A model generated the notes under the pieces. It worked only from the letters and a program-made list of their open reading frames with translations. It had not been told where the DNA came from and made no database searches. A stretch of 64,000 bases of DNA from contig NW_014577062.1 of assembly GCF_000485595.1 (NCBI RefSeq), forward strand, positions 125,887 to 189,886, written 5' to 3'. Made by a program: the position numbers and the translations under genes. The stretch comes from Priapulus caudatus. Taxonomy: Eukaryota. Below, in pieces: positions 1 through 13,464 of the stretch. Positions within the stretch are counted from its first letter, which is position 1; each line of letters begins with the position of its first letter.

Positions 1-182
1 GGATTTCTTTGAACAAATAAAAATCCATCACATCACTTTAACCAATCTGATAATTTATACAACCATTCTTTTGATTCAAGTATAGCCCCAATATAGCTCA
101 CCATTCAAAGATTTCATTATACCATGTGCAATGATTTTTAAAAAAATATCTGAAAAGTGTTCAAAGTAGCCCCAGCTGACGG
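1..182 (+). mobile_element. Right part of a Tc1/mariner-type (pogo-like) MITE inserted at a TA in the satellite
   Basis: Ends tgttcaaagtagccccagctgacgg|TA, the reverse complement of the terminus at 12279; the first ~64 nt match 12576-12646. Confidence 0.8.
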
Positions 183-1148
183 TAGCTAAATTGTGTACTG
201 GCTGGTATACGCAGCGGGGACCATTTATGCAAGGTCTTCCTCCTATTTCTTAAGCGATGTCTACTAATGGAATGTTATCATATAAATCTATGCTACGATA
301 ACTCCTCTTCATTTTAAATGCATAATCTTTGCGAAATATAAATTTTTTCGGGAGATATTGCGCATGCGCGCGCACCGTGTCAGGCTTGCAATACGGACTG
401 AGGAAAACTTCATAATATAGCTTGCTAAGGGAGAAAGGGGATGGGAGAATGAGGAAAGGCGGCAAGGAAGATATCTGGGGCGGTAGAAGAAGAAGGATTC
501 TGAGAGATGGGACAGAGGAGGCAAGGGGAAGGACGCTAGGGCATAAAGTAGATGTTTTGTACCCTAGGCTAGGGCGCTCTGCTAACTATAAACACAGGTC
601 TACTGATAAAAGTTTATAAAAGAAATTTATGCTGAGATATCCCCTAACCATATTAAATGCATATTTATCATAAAATATAACTCTTCTGGTGAGATATTGT
701 GCATGCGCTAACACACTCACGTAGCCATATTGTGTACTGGCTCGTCACAGTATATGCAGAGGAGGATCTTACATGCAAGGTTTTTCTCCTGTGCAAAATA
801 TTATTTTTCTCGTGTGATATTGCGCATGCGCGCGCACCGTGTCGGGCGTGCAATACGGACTGAGGAAAACTTCATAATATAGCTTGCTGAGGGAGAAAGG
901 AGGTGGGAGACTTAGGAAAGGCGGTAGGGAAGATAGCTGGGGCGGTAGAAGAAGAGGGAGGGTGAGTAAGGGACAGGGGAAGCAAGGGAAAGGACGTAAG
1001 GGCATAAAGTAGGGGTTTTGTACTCTACATGCTAAAGCGCTCTCCTAATTATAAACACAGGTCTACTGATAAATATTTATTAGAGAAATCTATGCTGAGA
1101 TGCCCCCTAACCATATTAAATGCATATTCATCACAAAATATAACTCCT
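183..1148 (+). repeat. Satellite array, ~540-bp monomer family (includes a ~462-bp deletion variant)
   Basis: Recurring gatattgcgcatgcgcgcgcaccgtg and purine-rich blocks; period 462 between 361 and 823; same family as 9808-16416. Confidence 0.92.
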
Positions 1149-1400
1149 ATTCTTTGCAAGTTCAATGAAAATATCTATACAACAAAAGATATCTAGCTTT
1201 TCCACAATTCAAGAGCAGCAAGCAGAGGTGGGGACATTTTAGAGAAAAGGTAATCGAGTTTACTTTTGAAACTTAATAAGGATTGAACACATACTGCATG
1301 GTTTGCAGTCCTGAAGGTGTAAATAAAACCAACCTATACAAAATGGTGACTATTGCTCAACGATACCCATTCTGCTATGATCATAATACAACAGCACTAG

Positions 1401-4400
1401 TTATTCAGCCTTCTCCTTAGGATCATCTCGGAGGTGAAGGAATACTAAACTAAACAGAAGAACGCCGCCCATCATTGAGAAGGCACTTGCATAGTAAGGG
1501 TAGGCAGACGGTATAAACCTTTCATACTGAGTGTGCTCCAATGGCCGCACTGACACCTGTGGGGAGAAGATTTCAACACATTACTATAATACAAATGCAG
1601 AAGACATCATATCTCACTAACTATGGTCACTCAGTAAAAATACAAATAATCTTAGTGCCACAGCAACTCCGACCATGGTAGAAAATTATTAAGGGCATTT
1701 CGTGTTTCATAATTACTACGTAACCATTTTCTTACACAAGTCATGTCACAGGAATTTTATAACCATATAATTTTTTAAATAGTAGGACATCCTGGCACAT
1801 ACGCATTAAAAGCAATTAGCGAAGCTTATCGATTGCAAGAAATCCTGTCCGTACCTGTGTACTAGCATACAGATGTGTGTAGCCAATTCTATTGTAGTCC
1901 ACCACAAACTTGAACACGCCATAGACGTCAGGGAGTTTGAATTGTGCAACATATTTTCCATCTGATAATAGAATAGAAAAATCCTTAGTTAGACAAATGC
2001 ACCTCAAGAATTAAATGAAGCATAAATTGCACTGATTTTTTAATACTGATGAAGTATAATTACAGGCCTCAATGCTTATTTTCAGATCTGGTTGTCCTCT
2101 CGGGCAACAAGAAGCAATTTTTACATGTCCGAATTTTGGTTTTACTTGTCCAAAATTTACTTGCAATCTAGAGCTGTTAAGGTACATTTTTAGTTCAGTG
2201 CATATTATATTACAGTATATACATGGAAAATCGTAATGAAATTCACACGTTTATTTTTTGCGTGCCGATTGCAGCTTTTTTCACAATTCCAGGAAAGAGT
2301 TTTGCTGTCGCTCTCTCATACCAGCGGTGACCACCCCCTACATATTCAGTAATGAACGTCATGCCCCACGCAACTGCAACTGAAACAATCGGTGCACCCC
2401 CCCTCCCCGTTCTTCAATCAATGCCGCCCCAGCCAGCAGGCACATACGCAGCCATGATGTGCACAACCACAGACACAAGTGTCACGGGCTACTTTTTCGG
2501 CGACTTTCGAAAATATAATGTGAGAAATGTCGTGCGATAGCGCCCTGGGTCAAAGGATGTTAGGAATTTTACACAACTGCAAATATTTTAGTTGTCCGAT
2601 TGGGCAACTAGCCAGGAGAATAACTTGTCCGACGTAGACTTTCACTTGTCCCGGGCAATCGGACAACCGTTAGTGTCGAGGGCTGAATTATTAATCTACA
2701 TGCTTCACATTCATTATACATAATTCATTATAACATGCAATAGAGACACGTCCACCATTTAAGGTTGTGCACAGCAAAGCAAGTACATTAACTATGTGGT
2801 ATCTCAAATAGCAAAGCACATAGGAATTAAACATGTTATAACAATGTCTCAGTTAAAAAATGAAGTGATTTTTACTTTTGGGAGTAAGAGCTGTTCTCAC
2901 AAAAGGATCAATTCTGACAAACTCCAGTTGAACATCTTCTGCCTTGAAAGGCACCCACTTATCTCCAATAAGCTGGTCAATTTCGATCGTGTAAATCTGG
3001 AAAACACAGGTTTGCCATATATTATTCAACCTTTAAAGCAATATGACACCTGCACAGTTGCAACAATGTGGTTCTTCAGACGTATATATTACATTTACAC
3101 ATTAGTGTACTGTATAGAATATCGTCCCTGTTAATCATCAAAATGTGTGATTTTTTCATTCCACGACATAGCAGCTGAACATTTGATAATGTTTAATGCA
3201 TACCTGGAAACACAGAAACAACTCACCACATTTTCAAGGATTGTGTAGGCTGTGGGTGGTGCAGTCATGCCAACCTTTGTGTGTTTCACCTCACCAACTC
3301 TTAGCACACCCTTCTCATTAAAAACCCACTGTGACAGGGCTGTTGCCAACTCCTGGTTGCCAGATTTGTCTGTCCTGATGTTTTCATGCAAAGAAAACAA
3401 TAGCTAGGTTTATCACACCATGATGACATGTAGTTGAATACTTGCTGGTTAGACAGATAGCATATAGCACTAGCAGCATGAAGCTCGAAAAGTATGGACA
3501 TAAGTAAAAGAGCAATGAAAATGTTATGATAACTATGTAAACATGAATGATACCCACTTTTTGCCAGTCTGCTGATTGATGACGGAGGCTGCAAAGAAAT
3601 CATTGCTGAATAGATCCAGGGAGCCAGAGAAGATGACTCGTGCGTTGTTACGTGCTTGTAAGGCAGCTATCAACAGTACATTCTTGCCAACTGCGTGAGG
3701 GTACTAAAACAGTCCAACAACGACTTAAGAGAGTCAGTGGAGCACAGACTGTTATACATGCATTTACCCAGTCAGAATTATGTGGCATTACAGCCTCACT
3801 CAACACCTGCTATAGGAGGCAGAAGTGATTTTCACTGGCAACGTGACAATTTTTCTACAAAATCGCACATGCCCAGTAGAAAGTCATTACACATTAAACT
3901 AACTAAATTACGAGATTGTTGCTCAGAAAAACTTAAAGGGATAGTAGACTAGGATTTTACTGCATACAACTGTACTTACTTTATAACAAATCATCTATAC
4001 CCACACATATTTGTTACCAGATACCTAATTTAATTGTTATAATTAATTACACATCAACGCTACGAAATTTGAACGGCGCCATGACACCCGCGACCGTGCT
4101 GCCACCCTGAAAAAGTTGCGCATTTGGCAATTTATTTTGCACCTTACAGACCGAGGTCTAATCACAAAGGTTGCAATTATATTCATACCTAAATGCAATT
4201 TAACCGATCAATGTTAATTTTAGGACAAATTTATCCATAATATAACTGAAACTATATGTCGTTTATAAAACTATATGATATTACAATCCTTTTGCTTTTA
4301 AATTAATAAATAAGAAACACCCTCGTTCTGTAACCCTTGGCTGAAAAGTGGTTTTGCGCAACTTATCAGATCATGAGCTTTGAGTGGCGCCACCGTCATT

Positions 4401-7400
4401 GTAATCAAACTGTAGTCGTTAGTTTTAAAACATTTTTTAATATTTCTAATGGTGATTGAACTATGAAACTTTTTATGTAGCGTAATTTTAACCTCAATTA
4501 ACTGAAAATAACCCTAGAACCTAGAGTAAACGATCCCTTTAATATAGCTGAATATAGTCTCCTGACAGCGGAAATATCACTGATTACACCAACATTAAAA
4601 ATACTAAGATTTTATGCAGTATAGCATAGAAAAATGAATTTGACCCCATCGTAACAGCAATAAATTTTATCGTATGCCGATAATGCCTAATGGCAGAATT
4701 GGTAAACTTGTATTTGTGTTGGTGATGAATTGAAAACAAGTGCATGATTTGAGAGAGCCTGTACCATGTCTACGGCAGATAAGCGGTGGCGCCACAAGCT
4801 AATCCATACTTCCGGCTAGTTCAAGATGACAGGAAACAATTGTTTACCAAACTAGTAGTTCTAAACTGGCACTTTTTTGGTGAATACAAAGGTTCTAAGA
4901 CATTTTATTGTTACTCTAGACAATTGCTGTTACTAAAGCAATAACGGTAGGTGTCATGAAAGTGGTGAAAACACTGGAAAACTCTCGCAATAGTTATTTT
5001 AACTGCTCACCTCCTTCACCGGCTCGTCGGGATTGAATGAGTAAGCCGTGGAGGAACCTGTCAGAATCTCCAGCACGAGTGGATTGTCACTGTCCGCAAC
5101 CATCCCAACGCCGCTAAATAGAATAGGCGAGTTCTTCGTGTTTGGTCCAACAATGGTAGGTGCGTCGATCAGGTTCGCAGGTTCTGTCACGATCCGCGTG
5201 TGCTGCAAAATGTGTCGCGGTTTTCTATCTTAGCAACTGCAACTAGCTGGCGAACAAACAGGCAATAGCATTCCGGACTACCAACATCCAGACACTGGAG
5301 CTACAATTAGCATCATTAACACGACTGATGTAATGTACACTTCATGGTTGTTATGATATCTGCAAAATATGTGCACACACTTAAAGTAACATGTGATAGT
5401 GCCTCTAACAGTGGATACAAGTACAATGAATGTATACCAAGCTCTCTGCACCTTAAGGCAGAACAGATATAATAGTATCAAATAGCTGACAAACCTTCGT
5501 GATATATGAGTATTCATGGTATTTTAGACTCATTTATTTGTATTATGTTCAAACAAGACAGGGTGCAAGACTTTTCCACATGCCATCTCGATGACACTGT
5601 GATCAAAACTGGCTCACCACCATACCTTTCCGCTGTCACTAGCGTCATAATTGAGATGGTCGATGACAGCCGTGTTCTCCTCATCCAGTTCTACACCACA
5701 CTCCATTACCAGCTCGCGCATCGTGTCACCGACCGTAGAGTCCGCAGCCACAAGCACGTTTCCGCCACCATCTATAAAGCTAGTGATGGCTTCAACCGAC
5801 AGCGAGCCTCCAAACTCTAAAATAATAAATTGCGGGTGTCAAAATTATCATGCATACACTATGGTCACATGCGATGAGGCGCTGTAAATAAGTATGCAAG
5901 TAGAGAGAACTGGAATCCATGAACAAACTAGATAAAATCCAGTCATTTTATAAAACTAATTTAGTTTCAGCTGTCAGTGGTCTATGTACTACATACCTTC
6001 AACTGATGGTGAAAACAAAATCAAGTTGTCATAGAAAAACTCTCCATATTTGATGAGTGCCAGGTTAGAATCATCAGCCAATTTGAAATTTAGATCATAT
6101 CCTCTATCTAAAACAAACAAAATTAATAATTAATAATTAGACAATTTCATGTTACGATATGTTTGAATACTCATCTGCAAGATGGCAGTTTTCTTTTGGG
6201 ACTCTAGAAATGGTTTCTATGACATAATAATCATTACAGAAGATTACTCGTCGTCACCTCCGAAGAAGACCTGATGTACCACGTACATGATAAAAACAAT
6301 TTGTATGCGATTGCCTACAATAAATGTGTTCCGAACAATAAGACCTAGTATATCGCAAGTGCACTGGTCTCTTATCAACTGATCTGAATGCAACTACCGT
6401 TGCTTCCAGTTCCAAAAATATGTACAGAGATGTGCAACAGTTACATCAACTAGATTTTTTGCTTGTTAGGAATCACAGTCATACTAACTTACTTCGGTCT
6501 AATAAAACTGTTACAAATCGTTCGGAGAAACCGTCTCTATCTAGAATGGAGTTTAGCACGGGCCTGTGCTGTGAGTGTGATTGTAGTTGTAGTGTAAGCT
6601 CGGCTATCAGTATCAGTTGGCCTGCACTTATAGTGTATAGGTAGCTCCAAGAAACGGTCTTGCTAGGGTTAGAAGACCATTTCAAACATTGGCTGCAGCT
6701 AAACACGTAGTTGTCGTATTTGCCAAGTATCGCCAAAGAACAATATACCAAATGAATCAGTATACATCTGCATCTGTATCTACGATGCGCTCATTACTTA
6801 AGGGGTTACAGCAACTTTTTTAGACAAATGCTATCAAAATCATAAATTCGTAAACATGGCGATTAAACAATCGTGGAATCAAATTGATATGCTGTGAGAA
6901 TTAGCAGATTATACCGTGAATTAAGAGACATTCTAGTTTAGAAGCAGGACAACTGCAAGTTAACGTTCATATTTCAAACAAGGCAAGTCAAAGATGGTAA
7001 TACTACTAGTAAGGCCGACCTAAAAATTACCTTTGGTTCGGGTCACCCGCCCGATTTCACATTTCAGAGTGATAAAATGTGCGACTGCGGTCACTTTTAG
7101 AGGGCTTCAAGAAAAAATAAAATTCAAAGATACCGCCTACCGATCATACATATATTCAAATAATCGACTCTTGTCATTTTATTTACCTAAGGAGAGTTCC
7201 AAAATATTTATAAACAGAACTTCGTTGGCGAGAAGTGAAACAGTTCCTACCTACGTTTCCTAGAATCCTACAACGTGAAACAGTCGTATCGAGCCTGGGC
7301 CGGCTACTTCATAAACAGAGCCTGAAGGTCGTATGGCGCGGCGGCCGACTTTGATGTACGCGATCAATTGCGTACTATATAGTATACGCATGCTATTGTG

Positions 7401-8916
7401 CTATACGCGGCCGCAGAGCCGTTTACACTTCGGTTACTCGCTCGTTTAAAGGGACGATTAATCGAGCTCCGTTTTTGGAGCAATTCCTAACACTACTATC
7501 CAGTACACGACTGGTGTTCACATTTTGAAAACAATGTCATGTTCATGGCTCCTGCATTTCAAGCTGTATATGTTTAACTTGTGAAAAAAAAATTATATTC
7601 CTGCCTACCCATGTTTTTACAGAAAAAAAAGTTTAAAAAAAAAAGTTATACCGACCTACCTACCCTAATTTTCACAATCCATGTGACCCGAACCAAAGGT
7701 ATTTTTTTGTTTGGCCTAATTGAATAGTTTTATTTGAGATATACCTGGAGTTATTAATCTAGATCTGCATAGGTGACACTGATATGTTTTTGTATGGAAG
7801 CGTGTCAGGCTGTATTATGTATAGTCAATCAATCGCACATTAAGACTTTGGTAGTAAATACATTTCGTGTTTATTAACCTTCTTTTTTTATTGAGACGTT
7901 CCAAGTGCCTGAGCCGCTGAGGCTGTGTCAGTGTTAGACCGAATAATTCTGTCCCATATAACCTTTTTTATATTTTGGTGAGGGTTATATTGGGACAGAA
8001 CGGGGTTCATTGAAATTTCGTGAGATCGCATGCAAAATGCATGCGCTGAGAATGCGGCCTGTACGCCGCTATTGGCGCGGAAAAAAAACTACCGTTCCCT
8101 TCTTCATGGCTTTACCTTGCTACTGATATGTGTATACATTCACTTCAATCGTTATTCACTTCTTAAAAGATTGTTTTTCAGAAAGACCACTTCGTTCCAC
8201 TTTCATAAATCATTCGCCATTTACAAACAATCAGACCAATCAGAGCGAGTCTTATAATAGCCCCTGGTTCTCGCTTGTATCTGTGGCGCTGCAGGAGGCC
8301 TGATAGACTCGCTGTGATTGGTCTGATTGTTTGTAAATGGCGATGTAATTTAGGAAAGTTGAACAAAGCGGTGTTTATGAAAAACAATCTTTTAAGAAGT
8401 GAATAACGATTGAAGTGAATGTATACACATATCAGTAGCAAGGTAAAGCCATGTAGAAGGGAATGGTAGGTTTTTTTTCGCGCCAATAGCGGCGTACGGG
8501 GCGCATTCTCAGCGCATGCATTTTGCATGCGATCTCACGAAATTTCAATGAACCCCGTTCTGTCTCAATATAACCCTCACCAAAATATAAAAAAGGTTAT
8601 ATGGGACAGAATTATTCGGTCTATGTCAGTGTATGCAGTATAGGCTGAGTATAAACCGACCAGGCTCTCCGACTAGTTACACGGCGGAGGCCTCTCGCTA
8701 CGTAGTGTTAAGCGAGATGGGAACTTAATTGTGGCTAGGCTGAGTACAGACCGTCGCAACATACTCTGTAAACTTACCAACCAGTGACCTAAAGAAGACA
8801 GAATGAGTCTCTCTAACCGACATGCTATCTAACAACACTAATGTCTTCTTTCCGGCTATGGCGACAGATAAAACTGCTGAAAATGCCAATAACAATACAA
8901 TTCTGTAGGAAACCAT
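1401..8916 (-). CDS. DDOST: Oligosaccharyltransferase 48 kDa subunit (OST48/Wbp1), 436 aa, 9 exons
   Basis: Exons 8916-8778, 6107-5997, 5816-5626, 5202-5011, 3703-3558, 3374-3227, 2996-2876, 1961-1855, 1556-1401; all GT-AG, 1311 nt in frame. Signal peptide [12 protein letters not shown], family motifs [74 protein letters not shown]-terminal TM helix and KEKAE (KxKxx ER retrieval). Confidence 0.97.
2063..2685. mobile_element. hAT-like MITE in DDOST intron 7
   Basis: Termini CAGGCCTC / GAGGGCTG, subterminal ttgtcc/gggcaa motifs; TSD imperfect. Confidence 0.55.
3937..4538. mobile_element. Kolobok-like non-autonomous element, copy 1
   Basis: TTAA on both sides, termini AGGGAT/ATCCCT, body shared with 58817-59402. 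Confidence 0.8.
7013..7716. mobile_element. PIF/Harbinger-like MITE in DDOST intron 1
   Basis: TAA|GGCC ... GGCC|TAA; TIR core tacctttggttcgggtcac / gtgacccgaaccaaaggta. Confidence 0.75.
7935..8623. mobile_element. Foldback (MULE-like) MITE, near-perfect 689-bp palindrome
   Basis: Arms of ~300 bp are reverse complements (paired ORFs 8030+ and 8528-); 9-bp TSD TGTCAGTGT at 7926-7934 and 8624-8632. Confidence 0.9.
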
Positions 8917-8958
8917 TTCGCCGGTTGACACGTCTTCCACAAATGGCCTCGTGAACAC

Positions 8959-8976
8959 GAGCGCCACCTGTCGGCA
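8959..8976 (-). promoter_or_regulatory. CTCF-like motif just upstream of the DDOST start codon
   Basis: Minus strand TGCCGACAGGTGGCGCTC resembles the CTCF core CCASYAGRKGGCR; motif match only. Confidence 0.45.
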
Positions 8977-9129
8977 ACACCTTGATCTCTTCATAGATAT
9001 AATAGTCCAAAGGGTTAGCTCAGTGAGCTTTCTATCTTTTTAGTATAAAGAGATCATTGGTTGAGCCCCCATGTGGAGATGCTGTAGCTTGTTTAGGAAT
9101 TTCTGGTGTAATTCTAGCTGCTTCCGTGT

Positions 9130-10761
9130 ACACAAAATGCACTCTTTAATAATAAGACGGCAATGCGCCCTCACTGACATATAACAAGAATATGAAATTT
9201 AAATTAGCCAATAGACGGCGATACGTGTGCTACATAGCATTTTATCCATAGATATCATAATAACAACATGTTGTTATATGATATCTATGATTTTATCCAT
9301 AGATATAATATAACAACATATAATGATATCTTGTTATATGATATCTATGATTTTATCATTTACTGACAATTTGTCATTATTCACCCCTGATAGCATCATT
9401 GACTAAGAATATCAAGACACGACACTTCTTGATTTTTGCGTTCTCCTGATGGAAGTTGCTCTAATATCGGTGATTTTTTTTAATTAGAAAAGTGTTAATT
9501 ATTGGCAAGGAAAACGAATTTTAGAAAATTTAATTCAGATAAAAAAAAAGAAAATCATGTTTTTTATGATTTTATTTATTAAAATTCAATCACAAAAATT
9601 TTAACAGGTACATAAAATATACAGGTACAGAGCTTCATGCAGTTATAGTAATAAGGTGACAGCCACGCCACATACACTAATACATATTCTATATTTATAT
9701 CATATCGTCTCTTTTCACACTCCGCCATACCGATTCGTTACCTACCCCTTTCTTCGAATGCCTCACGTCATCTGCAACCACCATCTCCCTCCCAATTTAT
9801 CTCGAGACATGCACTAACACACTAACGTAGCCAGATTGTGTACTGGCAATTGTATACGCAGCGGGGATCCTACATGCAAGGTCTTCCTCCTATTTCTTAA
9901 GTGATGTCTACTGATGAAATGTTATTATATAAATCTATGCTAGGATAACTCCTCTTCGTTATAAATACATAATCTTTGCAAAATATTATTTTTCTCGAGA
10001 GATATTGCGCATGCGCGCGCACCGTGTCTGGTGTGCAATACGGACTAAGGAAAACTTCATAATATAGCTTGCTGAGAGAGAAAGGGGGTGGGAGACTAAG
10101 GAAAGGCGGTAGGGAAGATAGCTGGGGGCGGTAGAAGAAGAGGGAGGCTGAGCGAAGGACAGGGGAGGCAAGGGGAAGGACGCTAGGGCATAAAGTAGGT
10201 GTTTTGTACCCTAGAGGCTAGGGCGCTCTGATATAAACACAGGTCTACTGATAAAAATTCATTAGAGATATCTATGCTGAGATACCCCCTACCCATATTA
10301 AATGCATATTCATCACAAAATATAACTCCTCTGGTGAGATATTGTGCATGCGCTAACACACTAACGTAGCTAGATTGTGTACTGGCTCGTATATGCAGCG
10401 GGATCTTACATGCACGGTCTTCCTCCTATTTCTTAAGTGATGTCTACTGATGGAATGTTATCATATAAATCTATGCTAGGATAATTCCTCTTCATTTTAA
10501 AGGCTATCACCCACCTAATTATCTCCCTTTCCATCGACCCGCATGTCCCCATCTCCCGATCAATATTCTTTGCTTTTTCTCTTTCTCTTTTATACTAATT
10601 CTCAATCTTCTATATAGATCCTCACTGTTGCACTGCATTTCCCCTCCAATGCCCATTTTTATCGACATCTGGCTTCCTTATCAACCTACGATTTTTCGGG
10701 CATATCCTTCACCTTCAGACGACATCTTATCCAGGAGTTCAGAAAGCGAATAAAGGACTTA

Positions 10762-10822
<61 letters not shown>

Positions 10823-10834
10823 TTTGTTTGTTTG

Positions 10835-10917
<83 letters not shown>

Positions 10918-11593
10918 CACAAAATGCACTCTTTAATAATAAGACGCCAATGCGCCCTCACTGACATATAACAAGAATATGAAATTTAAATTAGCCAATA
11001 GACGGCGATACGTGTGCTACATAGCATTTTATCCATAGATATCATAATAACAACATGTTGTTATATGATATCTATGATTTTATCCATAGATATAATATAA
11101 CAACATATAATGATATCTTGTTATATGATATCTATGATTTTATCATTTACTGACAATTTGTCATTATTCACCCCTGATAGCATCATTGACTAAGAATATC
11201 AAGACACGACACTTCTTGATTTTTGCGTTCTCCTGATGGAAGTTGCTCTAATATCGGTGATTTTTTTTAATTAGAAAAGTGTTAATTATTGGCAAGGAAA
11301 ACGAATTTTAGAAAACTTAATTCAGAATAACAAAAAAAGGAAATCCTGTTTTTTATGATTTTATTTATTAAAATTCAATCACAAAAATTTGAACAGACAT
11401 AAAATATACAGGTACAGCTTCATGCAGTTATAGTAATAAGGTGACAGCCACGCCACATACACTAATACATATTCTATATTTATATCATATCGTCTCTTTT
11501 CACACTCCGCCATACCGATTCGTTACCTACCCCTTTCTTCGAATGCCTCACGTCATCTGCAACCACCATCTCCCTCCCAATTTATCTCGAGAC
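9130..11593 (+). repeat. Direct duplication: 9130-9808 repeated at 10917-11593
   Basis: About 680 bp nearly identical by eye, separated by satellite and (GT)n. Confidence 0.9.
10766..10915. repeat. (GT)n microsatellite with GTTT interruption
   Basis: Direct reading. Confidence 0.98.
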
Positions 11594-12278
11594 TGAGCGA
11601 AGGACAGGGGAGGCAAGGGGAAGGGCGCGAGGGCATAAAGTAGGTGTTTTGTACCCGACAGGATAAAGCGCTCTCCTAATTATAAACACAGGTCTACTGA
11701 TAAAAATTTATAAGAGAAATCTATGCTGAGATATCCCTTAACCATATTAAATGCATATTCATCATAAAATATAACTCTACTGGTGCGATATTGTGCATGC
11801 GCTAACACACTCACGTAACCATATTGTGTACTGGCTCGTCACAGTATATGCAGAGGAGGATCTTACATGCAAGGTTTTTCTCCTGTGCAAAATATTATTT
11901 TTCTCGGGAGATATTGCGCATGCGCGCGCACCGTGTCGGGCGTGCAATACGGATTGAGGAAAACTTCATAATATAGCTTGCTGAGGGAGAAAGGAGGTGG
12001 GGGACTAAGGAAAGGCGGCCGGGAAGATAGCTGGGGCGGTAGAAGAAGAAGGAGGCTGAGAGATGGGACAGGGGAAGCAAGGGGAAGGACGCATAAAGTA
12101 GGTGTTTTGTACCCTACAGGCTAGGGCGCTCTCCTAATTATAAACACAGGTCTACTGATAAGAATTTATTAGAGAAATCTATGCTGAGATACCCCCTAAC
12201 CATATTAAATGCATATTCATCACAAAATATAACTCCTCTGGTGAGATATTGCGCATGCGCCGCTAACACACTAACGTA

Positions 12279-12646
12279 CCGTCAGCTGGGGCTACTTTGA
12301 ACAGCGGGGCAACATTGAACACCCGGGGCCAAAAAAAATGAAATGAGAATTATGGCTATATGGGCAATCTTATTGACAAAATTATTTTTGCATATTTTTC
12401 TGTTGATGAATAAAATATTTTACAAAGTATTTGAATATTTAATACATGAAATAGGAGTCCCGCAGTAAATTGCAAATCGCTGACTTGAAATTGTAAAAAA
12501 ATTAGCATTGGAAACTTTCACAAGTACAGACCACACAGAGGTACACACAACGTTCAAAATAGCCCCTAACACAGGGGTTTCTTTGAACAAATAAAAATCC
12601 AAAAAAATTATCACATCACTTTAACCAATCTGATAATTTATACAAC
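12279..12646 (+). mobile_element. Left part of the Tc1/mariner-type MITE, truncated by N gap
   Basis: TA|ccgtcagctggggctactttgaaca; inserted at aacgTA of a satellite monomer (empty site visible at ~14121-14135). Confidence 0.8.
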
Positions 12647-13464
12647 NNNNNNNNNNNNNNNNNNNNNNNNNTCTCTCTCTCTCTCTCTCTCTCGCTCTCT
12701 CTCTCTCTCTTTCTCCCCATTTCTATCTCTCTCTCCATCTCCCCATCACTAGCGCTATGACGACGATGATGGTTTGGTGTCCTATGCGATGCAATACCAA
12801 ACTGTTTTCAAGACATAGAAAGAGCCAAATGTATATATATATATATACGTATACGTTTGTATATAATTCCATCTGTTAATGTAAAATTGACTCATGAAAA
12901 TCTCAGAATAAAAATTCTACAAACGTGAAAGTAATACGACAGTTTAGTGTAACTAGGTAGTTTAGGGTAATAAATTAGCTCCAACACTATGAACCTCTCC
13001 ACTTTTGTAACACTATACCTACCTCCACCCCACTGGCTTTCTATTTAATCAGTCAGCTTCTCTTCAGCTAGAGCATAAGAGCGCGTCTAGCAAATGTGTA
13101 TTTTGATGAAATTGTACATTTAACATGGGGAGCAAATACTCTTCACATGGGTGGTGTCAGGAGCGGAAGGGGGTTAACAAAGGGGGTTAACAAATTAGTA
13201 ACTTGTTAAAGAAAGATCTATCAATAGATTTGCAGTCGCTTTTCATCTGCAGCGCTGTGCTGGATGCATTACAACCCTACTCGCAATATGAGGTTAGATC
13301 TCCCGTTGGGTTTCTAATATTCCCGTCTCGGACCTCAATCATGGCGCCTGTTTTGGGCAGTGGCTACCTCTGTTTGCACATGTCTGATAATTAATGTTTC
13401 CTGCTGATATGTGTCGTCCACCGCCACGATGTGTGGCAAAATGTTAGAATCACCGGTCGAGGAC

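Noticed and set aside
10686..10967. HT/CV, YI, SL and ACV-rich ORFs here and at 16686, 24959, 28998, 29570, 35312, 60025
   Set aside because: Microsatellite translations.
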